Positions 25,253 to 37,672 of a stretch of DNA of 64,000 nucleotides are shown here, one piece after another. Position 1 is the stretch's first letter, and every line of letters begins with the position of its first letter. The notes under the pieces were generated by a model. The model made no database searches. It saw only the letters and a list, made by a program, of their open reading frames with translations, and was not told the origin of the DNA. Position numbers and translations under genes: made by a program. Location of the stretch: assembly GCF_036321535.1 (NCBI RefSeq), contig NC_087436.1, positions 93,498,001 through 93,562,000 on the forward strand. The letters are read 5' to 3'. The stretch is from Camelus dromedarius. Its lineage: Eukaryota.

Positions 25253-26534
25253 TATTCCTCTTTGTTTTTAACTGTAAAATTTATTCAGTCTTCCTTCCAA
25301 GTGGATATGATAGAATTAACTAGCTCGAGTTTCTCAAAGTTGGGATAATGTTGACCCCTGAGACTATGTCTATGGGCACCACAGCTTGAGAAATGCTAAA
25401 GAGAGTTAAATGATCTCATTTTAAGTGATCTTGATACCAGCATGCTTACAAATGCCATTTAGAAATTCAGATTACTGGGCTGTAAGAAGGTTGGCATTTG
25501 ACTGACCTAAAATATTCTTGTATTATTAATTTTTAGAAATATAAAAAAGTAGAAAAAAATAAAAAGTTTCTAAATCTTAGAGTCCTGGGGAAAATGTCTT
25601 TGGAGCCACAGTTAAGGAAGCTTTGGAGGAGGCTGTGACTCTCTCCTCCCTAACTGTCTCACTCCAGGGACTATGCCATCTTGTTAAGGGATCTGGGACT
25701 TCCCTGGCCTTGAACCGATTATGGGGGTGAGTACTTCCCCCATAACCTGCTCACCTCACCTATTATACATGGACTTTTGACTTAGAGAAACTTCATTCTG
25801 TTTTAGGATTGTTTGAGATTAGTGAAACTAAAGCTAAACTAAAACTAGTCAACATTTTTCTTAAAGTTCATTCTTCATTCTTTCTTTAATTCCTTCCATT
25901 TCTAGTTTTATCTTTATTTTTTTAAACCTCCAGTAATATTTTCTTTTCCACCCCCCCCCCATTCATTTTTGGCTTTTCACCCTGGTAAAATACTATAAAA
26001 ATAAATCAGCTAAATTTTAGCATAAGTACAATGAAAGCCAGTGGTTGAAATGATTGTAACTTGGAAAATGTTAGATGGAGGCACTTTAGAAGAAGGATTT
26101 CACCGTATCACAGGCTGCTGCTTTGAAATAACTCGTGTTTCTTTCCCACCTCTAAATTGTCATTTTTCCAATTCTCCTTTTTGGAAGCTTCAGTATGCAA
26201 AGCTTTGACAACAGTTTAGGAAAATGAAATCACTCCCCACTGTGTGTGACATTTGCTTAAAGATAATTCATTTGGCTCAAAATTAGCAGTTGCTGAAATG
26301 GGTGACACAATGAAATGTTTGCATGGGTTCACTGTTTAAAGGAAGGAAACCCATCCAGGTGGCCATTTAATTGCAGGGCTGTGGAAGCCTTTATCCAGTT
26401 ATACATCTTTGAATGGGTATTTTCTTCTTTAGTTTCATGCAGAGTTTTATGTAATGATTTGAATTCTCCGTACCTTTATCTTCACTGTGTCTTACCTCCA
26501 TCTTGTCCTTGCTTCGGGTTGATAATCATTTTCC

Positions 26535-27210
26535 AGTATCAGGTGTAGAGTAGTTTCCATTGTAATGGCAGAAAATTCAGCTCAAACCGGCTTAGGCAAC
26601 AGAGAGTATCCATTGGGTCACCTAACTGAAATGTAGAGGTGAGCCTCCGGCTTAGCTGTGGTTTGATAAAGGCTGTGATTTCACTGCTTAGATCTTTAGG
26701 CCAGTGCTTCTCCAGGCTATCTGAGGAAAAGAACTTGGAAAAAAAAAATCTAACCCAATGCAGATTAATACTTTCATAAAATAGGATACAAATACAAATG
26801 AATTACTAGAACAATGAAATTAAGTCCGTACTTTTAAAATTAAATTCAACAGATGTAAAATTTTTCTGCCAAGTTGCCATAAATGTTTCTAAACATGCTT
26901 GTTTCCGTCCTGACCTCACTGTAGACTGTTACAGGCTATTGAGAAACACTACTTTGGTACCGGTCTCTTCTGCCAGCTGCTTTTTTTTACTGTGGTTTTT
27001 CCTCCGGTTGGTAAAATGGCTGCCTGTAGCTTCCAGAACGATGTGTGTCCTTGTTCACAAGTAGGGAAAGAGTTTTCCAAACTGTTATTCAAAAGTGTTG
27101 AGCTTCATACTGCTTAGGTGAACTCAGAGCCCTTCACTGCGGTCTGGAGAATGCCCTTGGCTCCTCGTTTACGGTGTTTGTCCGTTCTTGAACCACTGAC
27201 TGTTGGAAGG
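26535..27210 (-). mobile_element. Old MaLR LTR (MLT1J/K-like) with a nested DNA element
   Basis: 'cagaaaattcagctcaaaccggcttaggcaa...cattgggtcacctaactgaaa' and 'aaatggctgcctgtagcttccag'. Confidence 0.65.
26702..26951. mobile_element. Non-autonomous hAT element, MER33-like
   Basis: Inverted ends 'cagtgcttctc' / 'gagaaacacta'; internal 'aaatgaattactagaacaatgaaat'; shares blocks with 20634-21702. Confidence 0.75.
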
Positions 27211-27353
27211 AAGAAAGGAACATGGGGATGGGGGCGAGCAGTCTCACTTAAACCATTTGTCTGCCATGCAGTCCTGGGGAGGCACCTGCAGTGCTGCAGT
27301 CCTGTTTTGTATTAATAAAAACACCTATAGTCACTTTTTATTTACATTTAGTA

Positions 27354-28095
27354 TGTGGTGTAACAGAAAAATGTTTGGTCTTTGTCCCAGGTTCTTGGCA
27401 CAGAGCTTCTAAAACCATTGGAATCCCTGAGTGATAAGAGTATCTTTTGTGTACTAATGAGATGACTCCTGCCTTGGGGCTGAGAAGGCATTGCTAAAGT
27501 AGCTTCAGGATTAGGGCTCATCACCAGAGACACCAAGTCAGGATTAAGTGGTTGGAGCTTTCAGCCTTACCCTGGGCTTGGGGTTGGGGAGTTTGGAGAC
27601 TGAATTCAGTTACCAGTGGCCAATGATTTGATCAATCATGTTTAGGTAATGAAACCTGCATAAAACCTCCAAACAACTGGGTTGGTGAACACTGTGTGAT
27701 GCCAGGAGGGTGGCACCCAGACAGGATGTGGAAGCTCTGTGCACCTCCGCCCCACACACCTTGCCCTGTGCAGCTCTTCTGTATGGCTGTTCCTGAGTTG
27801 TGTCCTTTGTGATAAACCCTTAATGGTAGATAAAGTGCTTTCCTGAGTTCTGTGAGCTGTTGTTCTAGTGAACCTAAGAGGGTGGGGGTTGTGGGAACCC
27901 CTGAATGTGGAGCTAAGTCAGACAGAAATACAGGTAACCTGGGGACCTGGTACCTGTGACTGGTGTCTGAAGTGGGATGGTTGTGTAGGACTGAACCCTT
28001 ATACCTGTGGGTCGGATGCTCCCTCCAGGTAGTTGGTATCCAAACTGAATTGTAGGACACTCACTTGGTGTTGGAGGATCAGAGAACCGGATATA
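27354..28095 (+). mobile_element. Solo LTR, MER21-like
   Basis: 'ttggtctttgtcccaggttcttggcacagagcttctaaaacc', 'agcttcaggattagggctcatcaccagagacaccaag', 'cctgagttctgtgagc'. Confidence 0.85.
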
Positions 28096-29069
28096 GTTCT
28101 GACAGCATTCCCGAGGGGCAGGTACTAATATGACCCTAGTGTACAGTGAGGAAGTAGGTAAGCAATTTGCCCAGTGTTACACAGCTAGAACCCGCACATC
28201 TGGGGTTCTTTGGATTCTAAATCTCAAACTGTCTTCCCCTACATGGGTGTGTTGCAGACATCTCAAATGGTCAAGTAAAATACAAAATACTTGATATTTT
28301 CATGAGGGAAGTATGTGAGATTTAATGGTTTAAGGAAATGGTTTATTATTCTGATGGGGGAACTTTTTTGAAAAAGGGACTGAAGGGAAAATGTATCCAC
28401 TTAAAATCCTTTGTAAAATAAAACTCAAAAAGAAAAATGAAAATACAGAATTACGCCCAGAAGGTGAGTATTGTGTTAACCTTGATGTGTACTTAAACAC
28501 CTGGATTTAATCTCGTTCTCTAAAAAAATTACACATGTTTTAAGGGATCGTTAGGAATATCCCTAAGTGAAAAGAATCAACCCCTAAGTTAGAACTTTCT
28601 CTTGGTTCTAAAAACATCTGGAGTTTACTCTCTGTGTTTACATTAAACCTTATAAATTATAGGTTTTTTTGGTTTGTTTTTTACAAGGAATTTATCCTCA
28701 CAGAAAATATCTATTAAGCACTTGATTGGGTTTATGCTGTCTGGTACAAGGAGAAATTATTGTGTTCTCTAATTAGATAAAGGGAAATTATATGTCTTGA
28801 GATCATCTCTAAATCAAAGGAGGCTTCTCTTGTGCCCTGTGTCAGTGTCTTGGCAATTTGTAGCCCTAAAGTACTGATTATAATTTGTGTGTACATTCAA
28901 AATCGGTTGTGAATTCAGAGATTGAAGTTGTGACTTAAACACTTGCTTACATTTTATCGCTAGAAAGATATAAATACAGAGCCCTTTAGGACTTGACTTT
29001 AGAGTAAATTTTCTTCCTCCTTTGATCCCTGTCTTTGAAACATTAGAGAATATATTCAGTACACAGAGC

Positions 29070-29190
29070 AGGCAGGATTGCCCGGGAGCTGATGATCTCT
29101 GAAGCTGGGTAATGGGTGTTTGGGGCTCCATTCATTCTTTCTAGTTTTTTATGTGTTTGAAAGCTTCCATAATAAAAGGTATGAAATAAA
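29070..29190 (+). mobile_element. Short ancient L1 3' terminus (L1MC/ME-like)
   Basis: 'tgaagctgggtaatgggtg...tatgtgtttgaaagcttccataataaaa'. Confidence 0.65.
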
Positions 29191-31684
29191 ACAACAGATA
29201 AGACATGAATCTTGTTTTTCAAGAATTGACACAAAACTGACATGTGGGAGGCTCAGGTTTCTGGTCTGGCTCACTCTCCAAGTCCCTGTATGACCTGGAG
29301 TCACCCATTCAATGCTTCTGGGCTTCCCAGACTCTCCTGAGTAAAGGAGTTCACTGGGTGGGTCCTCATTGCCTCTGGTCACCTGGAATGCTGCTCTTTT
29401 GAGAGAGACTTGGGGCCTGCGCTCAGGGAGAAAGAGTCTGGAATCAAGGAGCCATGTCTGTGAAGGTCCTGGTTTAACTTCATTGTGTATTTGCCAGATC
29501 CTCCTTCCAAACTTGTCGCCTCCTTTTCCCCAGGGAAACTGGCAGTATCCTGTAATATGCGTTGTCAGTTTGAGTTGATTGAATTTCAGGCAAAGAGCAA
29601 AGAGGCATCCTGTCATTAGCTGGGAAGTCTTAATCCCTGGAGCCACATCTGGAATCCGGTCACCTGGTGGCTGGTTGTTTCTGTGGCCATGCTCCACTTC
29701 CGAGGTCTGCTTTGGCATCCTCATTGATGACCAGGGTACAGTGTGGAGAGAGTTCTCCCTGTCTCTCTGGGTCCATCGAGTATTAAAGATCTTCGCCTCT
29801 GTTGGGAAGGGAAGGCTGGTAAGGCCCTAGCATTTGCAGGGAGGGGAGATGGAGGAAGCATGGTGTTACTCGGCTCTCTGACTAACTGCTTAAGCAGCAG
29901 GACTTCATCATTTCCTTTCTAAGGCCTGGTGAGCTCAGCCCTCGTCCTCCGATCCAGGCCAGCAGCACCTGGGAGGCCCCATCTGTTCCTTATGGCCAGC
30001 TTGCTCAGGGCCTGGGGTCCTTGTCTCCCAGTCGCCTGAGTCACCTCCCTCTACTGATGTTTCCTCATAAACAGCATTGTTTCTCCTGCGCCCACAAAGC
30101 AGCATCCTGTGGTTTCTTTTTTTTCCGTCTTCGCTCTTAGGCCTGTGGCTCTCCTCCTTCGTGTTGTTTCTTGATTGCCTTCGTGTTCTTTGGATGCTTC
30201 TATTTATTTCTGTTCATTAGGCTGAAAATAGGTTTACAAGCTTCTCTTATTTATTCCAGGGATGAGATTCCAGTTTATAGATTATCCACATCCCTTTGCT
30301 TTCTCTGCAGCTTTGAGTCACTTTACAGCTCATGGAAATTTTCTAAATGACAAGGAAAGTAATATCTCTATAAGACTTGGCAGATCACATAGCGATTTAA
30401 TAGAGAAAATAACACACTAGACCTAGGAGTTGAGAAGGCCAAATTTTATCCTGGGTTTGAATTTCTGTTCACAAACTGGGGGTCTTTGGACAAGTTATTT
30501 TTACCTTTTCTTACTTCAGTTTTCTCATCTGAAAAAATGGAAATCCCTAGGGGTTGTCGGGAGGTGATGTGTTCTTGGTACTGATTAAATTTAACAAATA
30601 TTAGCTAATATTACTGTGGTAATTGTGATCTTATTTAAGCTTCATAGTGTAGTAGTTTTTTTTTTAGGTATATTAAGTCATTTTCTCCACTTTTATCCAT
30701 TTATTTCCATTAATTTATCTGTTCTTTCCTTTCGTCTAGAAAAAAAAGAGAAAGAGAGGGAGAAATTTAAGGCTAATACATTTCTGTTGTATAGATATAA
30801 CATTAAGGCTTGGTGGGTTTGAGATTAGCCCTAACATCCTCTCCTGGAGGAGGAGGTGAGGGGGAATGGAGGAATCCTTTCTGCATCTTTAAACTCCACT
30901 CATTCTTGGTTCAGTACCACCTGAGAAGACCTGAGGGTGGGGTGGCATGTGTGTCTGGAGCTCCTCCCTCAGTCCAATTTCATTGTCCTTGATTTAGAAC
31001 CATGTCTGGGGCTCCTGAGTGCAGGTGGTAGGCCAGGAGACAGTGTGGTGCAGTGGGCAGTCATCCCCGCTCTACTGCATAACCTTCTTGGCTCTGCCCC
31101 AGAACCTCTCTGCCCCTCAGTTTCCTCCCTTGTGTAGGAGCTGTGCCGTGAGATGATCTTGAGGAGCAGGACATTTATACAAAGGGCCTGACCTGCTGTA
31201 GATGCTCAACTCAGGTTCATTCCTTTTTTAGTTTAAAATATGTTTTGATTTGTGCAGTGGGAAGCTTCTGCTAAAGGAATTTCAGGCAGCAGCACACAGA
31301 TTGCAGAGGCATTTTTGTGGGCATCGGTACCCTTGAAACACCCTGAACCATGCCCACCCTGCCAAGAAAGGCTGGTCTGGTGGAGTTGGGACTTGCTTTC
31401 AGTCAATGTGTCTTGCCTCCAGGTGGGCGTGAGAGCGACATCGCTTTGTCAAAATACACTTTCTGGGCTCTAAGCCAGACCTACTGCCCAGACATGTACC
31501 TTTTGGAAAAGCTTCCTAGGTGCTCCTGATGCCACCCTGGCTTAGAGCCACCGCTTTAGAAAAACCAGAGTGACTTTCTCGTGTGTCTAAAACACAATTC
31601 AATTTAAAGAACTTTAGTTTGGGCCTCGCCTCTTAGGGATTCAGCAGTCCTCTAATCTGTTAATGAGAATTGAGTGAATGCTTC

Positions 31685-31870
31685 GTGGTAATAACCGCTA
31701 ACCAACAGTGCTTTTACATGTATCAGTCCATTCAGTTCTCTCAATAGCCCTGTGAGTTACGTGCTGTCATTATGTCCCTTCAACATGACATGTCCAAGGT
31801 CACACAGCTAGTATGGGATGAGGCCAGGTGTTGAGCCCAGGTGATCTGGTTTTGGAGTCAGTGCCCTTGT
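31685..31870 (-). mobile_element. MIR SINE
   Basis: 'aatagccctgtgag...ccaaggtcacacagctagta...gagcccagg'. Confidence 0.75.
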
Positions 31871-32514
31871 CCCTTGTGTGACCCTCTTCTCATAATCACA
31901 GTTAGAATAACCTTGGAAATGGGCTCGGAGTATGTAGCGCTTACCTGTGGGCCATGAATTTGCTAAGAACTAGCAGCTTCTTTCTCTACTGTGTTACTTC
32001 TTGGCACATCCTGGCTGGGTCCAGATATCAAGAGGACTCCTACTTGGAGCAGTTGTGTGTCCTGGCAGGTGGGGATGAGGGCAGTGGAGCAGATTTACAA
32101 GCCCGCCTCTTGCATTTGCTCCGTCCACACCCCTACTCATTATGCAAGGGTTAGCTTGCTCCAGGGGTGGCAATTTGGGGGTCATTTCTTTGGCTGCTTT
32201 CACTATAGCTAAAATGCTAGACTTAGCGCTTCAAGGGTGCCTGGTCCTTTGAGAAGGCCTGGGGGGAGCGGCTTTCATTTCGTCTGTACTCTGGGGTGGG
32301 GGGTGGGAGCAGAACACAGTTCCCAAGGGCTGTTGGGCTCGCAGCTTTAACAAGCCTGGTGCTAGTTTGGTGGTCATTTGAGGGGGGCTTTCTTGCGGGA
32401 GCTCTTGCAGCACGGAACAGACCGCTTCATGGTCTGGGAAATACTCGCTTTAGACCAGCTTGCCCAAACAGAACATTGTGGAGCCCTCAGGCAAATGCCT
32501 CAGGTGTGAAAGAA

Positions 32515-32740
32515 CAATGAAAACAGCCACTCGCTGAGTGCTGGGCACTGTGCTGCGGTTCTTGAGCACACAGTCCCTAGTCCCCACATCCTTCCAGAAG
32601 GTAGGCGTCATGGCCCCTATTTTACAGAGGAGGAAGTGGACTCAAAGTTAAATGATGAGTCAGTCTCAAGGTCACTTATCAAGATAATAAGTGATGCAAT
32701 CAGGATTGGAACCCATTTCTCTCAACCCCAGATCCTTTGA
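32515..32740 (-). mobile_element. MIR SINE
   Basis: 'ccctattttacagaggaggaag...caaggtcac...caggattggaaccca'. Confidence 0.7.
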
Positions 32741-33746
32741 AGTTTCTTAATACTTTCCTAAAACTGTGCACTCAGCTAGCTTCACAGCAGACATTTATTT
32801 TCACAGAAAAGTTTTCTTTCCTAATGTAGCAGCAGGTTTTTCTTTTGGATAAAAGGAATAAAATAAACACTGCTAATATCCTGAAATGAGAAAAGTAAAA
32901 AGAAATGGATGGCTGGATGGATGTAGCTGAACTGGTGATGGGTTAGCGAGCACAGGGAGATTTCTTTTCCCTGTGCCCTCAGGAGCTCTGATAGTGTCCC
33001 CCACAATGTCTGTTGGAGATATTTAACCTCTTTTGTTAAAAATGATATGTTACAATATCTGGACTATGAAGTAGCGGTTTTTGTTTTTAGTTCCATTTAA
33101 TTCCTGACTTCTTTACTTTTGGATTTTTTTTCCCAATTAATTGTATCTCCATTTCCTCCCCTTTTCTTTTCTCCCCACTCATCCTCTCTAGCGGGTTTTG
33201 CTTGCCAGTGTTACTCGGTTTAAGGTGGATAATGTATGTAATTTTATGAGTTCAGATTTCTTTGAAAAAGCCTGAGAAGAGTTAATAAAGCCATATCCAT
33301 CAATATAGGAGCTATGAAAATATAGGATGAGCTTTCCAACAAATGTTATTATAGTACTTATGGTTCCATTTCCAATTCATCCATTACAGATGCCCTGAGG
33401 AAACAAACATAGGGGCAAAATAAGATGTGATCATATTAATTATTATTTCACTTCTGTGGTTAAATAGATTTCCAGCTCGAACTTGAGTTGGTTCTTAATT
33501 AAACAAATATTTCTCGAGAGCCTGAAATATGCCAAACCCTGTACTAGTCTGTGATTTCACCTGTTCTTTGGGTAATAGCGCCATTTCTGCTTTGAGCTGG
33601 TTTTTAGAATTCTTAGCAACCACTTTCAACATAGTTTACTAGGCCAGAGTTTAGGAATGTTATTTCATGAAAGCTACTTTTCCACATGCCTGAAGGGTAA
33701 CACCATGTCTGTCTGTCTGTCTGTGTAGTGTGTCATTTGGATTCTC

Positions 33747-33802
33747 TCTTACTTTCTTCCCTTCTCCATCTTACTTTCTTCCTTTCTCCATCTTACTTTC
33801 TT
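33747..33802. repeat. About 2.5 copies of a 22-bp tandem repeat (tcttactttcttccYttctcca)
   Basis: Units at 33747-33768 and 33769-33790, partial unit at 33791-33802. Confidence 0.9.
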
Positions 33803-36094
33803 AACTAGGTAGAAATAGTACCAAGATTAGTTTCACTAAAAAAAAATTTGAATAGATCAGTGTCTCCCATTCAGACCATCAGTGTTATAATACTTCTTGT
33901 TAAGAATGCGTGTTTGTGTCCCCTGCCCCAGATCTGAATCTGAGAGTTACTGAATTCGAGTTACACGTGGTTACTGTGTTATTTTTAAACTATCAGTAGA
34001 ATGTTCTATTTTTCTCTTTGAATAAAAAGGTAATCTCATTCTCTCCCACCTGGAGTTAATGTATTCTGATTAAGAAACAAAAATGAAAACAGCAACAAAA
34101 AAATACTTCCAAATAAAGATCCTGGAATTAGAGTTCAGAATTTGAGAAACTTCGTTAGATTTTTATTGAAACACGAGCTGTTTCATACACTGTGGATGTC
34201 CTCAAATTATAACAAACAAAACATCAAATTACTTGACTTACAAAAAAAGTTTAATGATGACCAAAGGCATCGATTTCAGGTCCTAGTTCAAATATTTACG
34301 ATTTAAAATGAATCAGATAACTCATAGACTTGGATTGAGTGGCAGGACTGGGTAGAACTGGTTTCTGCCCAGCAGCCATGTGACCCTCAGTAAGCCTTTT
34401 CAACATCCTGGGCCCCAGTGTGCTCCTCTGTCCAGTAACAGGTTTCATGGATATGCTGTGACCTCTCTTCTGGCTCTGATTAAGTTAGACTCTGGGAAAA
34501 GAAAGACAAGATGTTGACACATGGGTCAGTAGTTTAGAAGGAGAAAGTTTTTTCTCAGTAGGGGGACTTTAAAAATGAAATATCTGAAGGTTGAAGGAAC
34601 CACAGTCCATCAATCCATAAAGAATAAGTTAACAAGACATGATTGGGAATTTCTCATACTCTTTCAGAACAACAATGCTGTGCTCACCCAAATTCCCGGT
34701 TGTTGAAACCCAACCAGGAAAGGGACTTCCTTAAGGTAAGGCCTAGCCTTTGCTTAACATATTTCGTTTGCTTTACTGTTGCCAAGTACATTTGTGCCAG
34801 TTTACAAATTCTAGTGGAAGTGGGTGATGGTAGGACCTGAGCAGAGCAGTGTGTCTGCATATTAGAAACACGTTTCTTATCTGTTGGAAAATGCCACTGT
34901 TGGAGGAAAGAAAGCATGCTGCCTTAAAGGATTAATCGGTATTGAGCTGATTCAAACGGCTGGAGAACTCGGGGAGAAACTGGAGTTGAGTAAATGATTT
35001 CTCGCTGGTGCTGTTGTGTCCATTTCTCTCTGTTCATTTATGGAGACAATGATAAATGTATCAAAGTTGGCGAAGTATAGAAAGACCAGTGTTCCTTGAA
35101 TCTCAGTAATTTATGGACCTCTTTATTTAAAGGAAAAAAATCCTCACAAATTCCCAGTACTGACATAAATATTTTTATTATGGACTAGCTTAAATATGCC
35201 TGAACATAAAACTAGGCATAAACTCCTTATGCTTCCAGCTCTTATATAACTGTAAAACAATGACAAATTTATAGAGTAAACTCAAGCAAAACCAATAACA
35301 TCCAAATTACCATTAATTTATCACAGCAGATAATTTTTTTTGGACCAAAACCTCTCCTTGGAGATGTGATTGTGGTTCTTTTGAAGCCAGCGTCCTGGTT
35401 CTTTTGAGGTCTGTGTGAAACTAGTTCTTCCACTTTCCTGTATTCAAACCTTCCTTCATATAAAGCACTTTTATATGCATAACAGGGATGCATGGTTTTG
35501 GTTTTAATTTAGCTTCATTTACTTTTCTTCCTTGTCCTTGAATTGAATTGAATTGAAATTATCCTGTTAGGTGCCATGATGATTAGAAACATAAAAGCAA
35601 ACCCACTTTTGGTCAAGCAAGAAGTTGGGCCTTGTGCCTCGTTGTTCTGGGGTAGTGGAGGAAAGGGGGAAGGGTCATTGGTCCTTGCTCTACTGGGTTT
35701 CAGATTTGGGTGAGAGTGCATGATGACATCCAGAAAAACAAAGGGAGAAAAGTCGGTTTTGAGAGAAGACAATTAGTTTGAGGTTTAGGTCTCTTGCAGT
35801 GCAGTGGACTGGATACTCAGACACACTTCCCTACTAAAGCATTGGAATCTGGATAAAACATTTTTTTTTATGCACTTCTGGGATCATAGGGACTAAGACA
35901 TCTCCAAAGTCTCAACCAACCATCACTTGGTGAGGTTAAACCAAAGCTGGGAGCTTTCTGTGTAAACAGACACAGAAGACGGGTTGCCCGAGGGCAATAG
36001 TTGATACCACAGATGTGGTTGGAGACTAAGCCTTGGGTGACTGGCAGTGTTAGAAGAGCCTACATTCCATTAGGACCTGTGAAAGAAGCTCTTT

Positions 36095-36260
36095 ACAGTT
36101 CATGTAAGATGCCATTGTTTTTGTAAGAGCCACCATTATAGTATCAAAATTTTTGACAATGTTTTTCTTAAAATCTTATACACATACTATTTTTTTTATA
36201 AGATACATCCTGTGTGAAAATGTGAAGAAGTGTGCCTCTTAGAATGGATGCACTATGGGG
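36095..36260. mobile_element. TcMar-Tc2 non-autonomous element (MER104-like)
   Basis: 'taagatgccattgtt...taagatacatcct...tgtgcctcttagaatggatgcactatgg'. Confidence 0.55.
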
Positions 36261-37259
36261 TTAGAACATCAATGAACGAGAAGTTGTAATCCAATACCTT
36301 GGACACAGAACAGTCAGAGAGGTCTGGCCTGAAGAGAAGGCATTGTGCATACTTAACATATGGTGTATCTCAGTAAATGTTTGGTGAATGAATGGGTGAT
36401 GTACTGGGTGGGGAGATGGGAGTCATCAGACTATCCTGGTAGCTGGGCTTAGCACATGGTTGAAGTCACCCAGAAAGTTTGTATGAAGTGTGAGGAGAGA
36501 CGGGATAAAACCTTTGTGAACACCGGTGTTATCCTAGTGGTCATGTAGAAAGGAGCCGAAGAAGGAGCTGGGGAAAGAACTTTCCAAGAGGTGGGGAAGA
36601 ACCAGAAAGAACTCAGGCGACCAGAGAACAAAGGGTGAGGAGGTGAGATGTTGCAAGGACTCTGTCAAGATAAGGCACACATATTTTGAGTAAGCCTCAG
36701 CCTGCCCTATGTGATAGGAGAAGCACTGAAAATCACAAAGGCGTCAGTGATCATTTCTGCCAGGACATCACAGGAGGCTACCTGAGGAAGGTAAATTTGG
36801 GCTGGGCCTCAAAGGGTGAATAATTGGCACATCAGAGTAGTAGGGTTGGGCAGTCTAGGAAGATGGAATGACACTAACAGAAGCATAACATTGTGAGAAG
36901 GTGTGAAGCCCTTGGCAGTAATTCCTATTGAGCCTGGCTTCACCGTGTCCAGCTTTTTTCCAGGTAAATGTCTTGTGTTGGTGAAGGAGTCTATGTTCAC
37001 TGAGATCAGAATTGTACTTTACTGATCTTTAGTTGGAATGGAAGGTGATTAAAATTACTGCTGACTTGACCAGATACCTCCCGAATACTCTGAATAGACC
37101 ACACTTTATATACGATTTTCATGACATTATCTCAAATCACACAATTTATTACTGAATTTTGGGATTTAAGCTCTATATTAATGCCTGTGGTATATTATTA
37201 AGATGATTAGTCATATGACATCCTCAGACTAGAGAGTAGGAAACAGACTTGCTGAAGTT

Positions 37260-37480
37260 CACCCGATCAGAGTGCTAAGAAAATACAGGGCAGATAAGAC
37301 TTGGGCAAAAATCCCAAGTTCCTGACTTAAAAGCTGTGTGACACCAGTCAAGTTATTTGACCTCTTCATGCCGCAAGTTTCCCTATTCAAAAATAGATGT
37401 AATAATAGTTCCTACTTTAGGATGGATGTGAGGATTAGTGGAGAGCACTTAGCAAAACAGTTACTCATTATTATAATAAA
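37260..37480 (+). mobile_element. MIR SINE
   Basis: 'agctgtgtgac...caagttatttgacctc...gtgaggattag'. Confidence 0.75.
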
Positions 37481-37521
37481 AACATTCCAATACTTCTTTT
37501 CAATAAGGAAATACAGTGAAT

Positions 37522-37672
37522 CGGTGGTTCCCAGCCATGGGAACGATGTGCATCAGGATCGTGGGGCCATTTAAGAAAATACAGATTAGTGGACACTACC
37601 CCAGCTCTAGTGCATCGGAGCACCTGGGCTTTGGAGTTTGTATTTTTGAAGGAATGCCAGGTTTAGGAACCC
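37522..37672. mobile_element. MER5-like hAT element
   Basis: 'ggtggttcccagccatgg...gcatcagga...aatacagatt...ccaggtttaggaacc'. Confidence 0.6.

Noticed and set aside
29047..29114. Apparent exon ending TGG|gtaatg
   Set aside because: The donor lies within an ancient L1 3' terminus and is explained by the repeat.
29149..29724. Longest ORF (191 aa, minus strand)
   Set aside because: No recognisable domain; it ends in an L1 3' fragment; a length like this can arise by chance in 64 kb over six frames.
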